Source of the DNA: the human T2T-CHM13v2.0 reference genome, Homo sapiens
DNA length: 64,000 nucleotides
Assembly: GCF_009914755.1 (NCBI RefSeq)
Contig: NC_060933.1
Reading direction: 5' to 3' (one strand)
A program made the translations under genes and the position numbers. How positions within the stretch are numbered: position 1 is the stretch's first letter; each line of letters starts with the position of its first letter. Of this stretch, positions 61,168 through 64,000 are shown piece after piece. The notes beneath the pieces were generated by a model. The model saw only the letters and a program-made list of their open reading frames with translations. It searched no databases and was not told where the DNA came from.

Positions 61168-64000
61168 CATTCTCAGAAACTTCCTTGTGATGTGTGTACT
61201 CAAGTAACAGAGTTGAACCTTCCTTTTGACAGAGCAGTTTTGAAGCACTCTTTTTGTAGAATCTGCAAGTGGATATTTTGATACCTTTGAGGATTTCGTT
61301 GGACACGGGATATCTTCATATAAAATCTAGACAGAAGCATTCTCAGAAACTTCTTTGTGCTGTATGTCCTCAATTAACAGAGTTGAACCTTTGTGTGGAT
61401 ACAGCATTTTGGAAACATTCCTTTAGTAGAATCTGCAAGTTGATATTTAGATAGCTAGGAAGATTTCCTTGGAAACGGGAATATCTTCATATAAAATCTA
61501 GACGGAAGCATTCTCAGAAAGTGCTTTGTGATGTTTGCATTCAAGTCACAGAGTTGAATATTCCCTTTTATAGAGCAGGTTTGAAACACTCTTTCTGCAC
61601 TACCTGGAAGTGGACATTTGGAGCGCTTTGAGGCCTATGTTGAAAAAGGAAATATCTTCCCATAAAAACTAGACAGAAGCATTCTCAGAAACTTGTTTGT
61701 GATGTGTGTATTCAACTAACAGAGATGAACCTTTCTTTTTACAGAGCAGTTTTGAAACACTCTTTTTGTGGAATCTGAAAGTGGATATTTGGATAGCTTT
61801 GAGGATTTCGTTGGAAACGGGATTACATATAAAACCTAGAGAGAAGCATTCTCAGGAACTTCTTTGTGATGTTTGCATTCAAGTCACAGGACTGAACATT
61901 CCCTTTCATAGAGCAGGTTTGAAACACTCTTTCTGTAGTATCTGCAAGCTGACGTTTCAAGCGCTTTCAGGCCTATGGTGAGAAAGGAAATATCTTCAAG
62001 TAAAAACTAGACAGAAGCATTCTCAGAAACTTATTTGCCATGTGTGTTCTCAACTAACAGAGTTGAACCTTTGTTTTGATACGGCATTTTGGAAACACTC
62101 TTTTTGTAGAATCTGCAGGTGGATATTCGGATAGCTTTGAAGGTTTCGTTGGAAACGGGAATATCTTCATATAAAATCTAGACGGAAGCATTCTCAGAAA
62201 CTGCTTTGTGATGTTTTCATTCAAGTCACAGAGTAGAATGTTCCCTGTTATATACCAGGTTTGAGACACTCTTTCTGCACTACCTGGAAGTGGACGTTTG
62301 GAGCGCTTTGAGGCCTATGTTGAAAAAGGAAATAACTTCCCATAATAACTAGACAGAAGCATTCTCAGAAACTTGTTTGTGATGTGTGTATTCAACTAAC
62401 AGAGATGAACCTTTCTTTTTACAGAGCAGTTTTGAAACACTCTTTTTGTGGAATCTGAAAGTGGATATTTGGATAGCTTTGAGGATTTCGTTGGAAACGG
62501 GATTACATATAAAACCTAGAGAGAAGCATTCTCAGGAACTTCTTTGTGATGTTTGCATTCAAGTCACAGAACTGAACATTCCCTATCATAGAGCATGTTT
62601 GAAACACTCTTTCTGTAGTATCTGCAAACGGACATTTCAAACGCTTTCAGGCCTATGGTGAGAAAGGAAATATCTTCAAATAAAAACTAGACAGAAGCAT
62701 TCTCAGAAACTTGTTTGCGATGTGTTTCCTCAACTAACAGAGTTGAACCTTTCTTTTGATACAACATTTTGGAAACACTCTTTTTGTAGAATCTGCAAGT
62801 GGATATTTGGATAGCTTTGAAGGTTTCTTTGGAAACGGGAATATCTTCATATAAAATCAAGACAGAAGCATTCTCAGAAACTTCTCTGTGATGTTTGCAT
62901 TCAACTCATAGAGTTGAACACTTCCCTTCATACAGCAGGTTTGAAACACTCTTTTTGTAATATTTGGAAGTGGACATTTGCAGCGCTTTGAGGCCTATGA
63001 TGAAAAAGGTAATATCTTCCCATAAAAACTAGACAGAAGCATTCTCAGAAACTTGTTTGTGATGTGTGTATTCAACTAACGGAGATGAACCTTTCTTTTT
63101 ACAGAGCAGTTTTGAAACACTCTTTTTGTGGAATCTGAAAGTGGATATTTGGATAGCTTTGCGGATTTCGTTGGAAACGGGATTACATATAAAATCTAGG
63201 GAGAAGCATTCTCAGGAACTTCTTTGTGATGTTTGCATTCAAGTCACAGAACTGAACATTCCCTTTCATAGAGCAGGTTTGAAACACTCTTTCTGTAGTA
63301 TCTGCAAGCGGACGTTTTAAGCGCTTTCAGGCCTGTGGTGAGAAAGGAAATATCTTCAAATAAAAACTAGACAGAAGCATTCTCAGAAACTTATTTGCGA
63401 TGTGTGTCCTCAACTAACAGAGTTGAACCTTTCTTTTGATACAACATTTTGGAAACACTCTTTTTGTAGAATCTGCAAGTGGATATTTGGATAGCTTTGA
63501 AGGTTTCGTTGGAAACGGGAATATCTTCATATGAAATCAAGACAGAAGCATTCTCAGAAACTTCTCTGTGATGTTTGCATTCAACTCATAGAGTTGAACA
63601 CTTCCCTTCATACAGCAGGTTTGAAACACTCTTTTTCTAATATTTGGAAGTGGACATTTGCAGCGCTTTGAGGCCTATGTTGAAAAAGGAAATATCTTCT
63701 CCTAAAAACCAGACAGAAGCATTCTCAGAAACTTCCTTGTGATGTGTGTACTCAAGTAACAGAGTTGAACCTTCCTTTTGACGGAGCAGTTTTGAAGCAC
63801 TCTTTTTGTAGAATCTGCAAGTGGATATTTTGATACCTTTGAGGATTTCGTTGGACACGGGATATCTTCATATAAAATCTAGACAGAAGCATTCTCAGAA
63901 ACTTCTTTGTGCTGTATGTCCTCAATTAACAGAGTTGAACCTTTGTGTGGATACAGCATTTTGGAAACATTCCTTTAGTAGAATCTGCAAGTTGATATTT

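Larger units (their letters stand above)
1..64000 (+). repeat. Centromeric alpha-satellite (alphoid) higher-order repeat array
   Basis: The motif GAAGCATTCTCAG(A/G)AAC recurs every 167-171 bp (CATTC at 85, 252, 423, 594, 765...) across the window in one orientation. Typical alphoid motifs (ACAGAGTTGAAC, TTTGAAACACTCTTT, CENP-B box) are present and no non-alphoid sequence was seen. Confidence 0.99.

Noticed and set aside
111-63858. Four recurring short ORF families (MYSTNR, MDILIP, MSNEIL, MSQTWY; 60-91 aa)
   Set aside because: They are chance open frames in satellite DNA, at least the + strand ones starting at non-ATG codons (GTG). They track repeat periodicity and gain or lose stops freely. 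Used here only as position markers.
1-64000. CRISPR-like array (conserved AGAAGCATTCTCAG repeat with intervening sequence)
   Set aside because: The intervening segments are homologous ~171-bp monomers rather than unique spacers, and there are no cas genes.
1-64000. Transposon insertions or inversions
   Set aside because: I saw no Alu, L1, poly(A) tail, target-site duplication or strand switch. All spacings are explained by whole monomers plus 1-3 bp indels.
1-64000. A previously undescribed gene-based system, or a code in the order of HOR lengths
   Set aside because: There is no coding or structured RNA content. The length series is adequately explained by unequal exchange and duplication, and kinetochore position or transcription cannot be read from sequence alone.

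Overview
The whole 64 kb window is one uninterrupted, single-orientation array of primate centromeric alpha-satellite DNA, most likely human. It has ~171-bp monomers, about 375 in total. B-type monomers (CENP-B box) alternate with A-type monomers (pJalpha-like box). The higher-order repeat (HOR) is modular: 680-bp tetramers (m1 167 bp plus m2, m3, m4 of 171 bp each) in several subtypes, punctuated by a 512-bp trimer (T1 170, T2 171, T3 171). Trimer-to-trimer spacing gives a 4n+3 ladder of 7-, 11-, 15-, 19-, 23- and 27-mers (1192, 1872, 2552, 3232, 3912, 4592 bp), with the 15-mer dominant. Out-of-ladder 3-, 5-, 13-, 14- and 16-mer units also occur. This fits suprachromosomal family 2, most likely chr4 D4Z1 (19-mer), with chr9 D9Z4 as the alternative; the assignment is from memory, not a search. 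There are no credible genes, RNA genes, transposons or CRISPR arrays, and every listed ORF is a repeat artefact. I found no novel gene-based system. The interesting signal is array evolution: a second HOR haplotype confined to the first ~15.5 kb, a diverged relic segment at 2.5-4.2 kb, fixed and sporadic CENP-B box losses, monomer-precise deletions, and nested local and long-range duplications traceable by shared SNVs.
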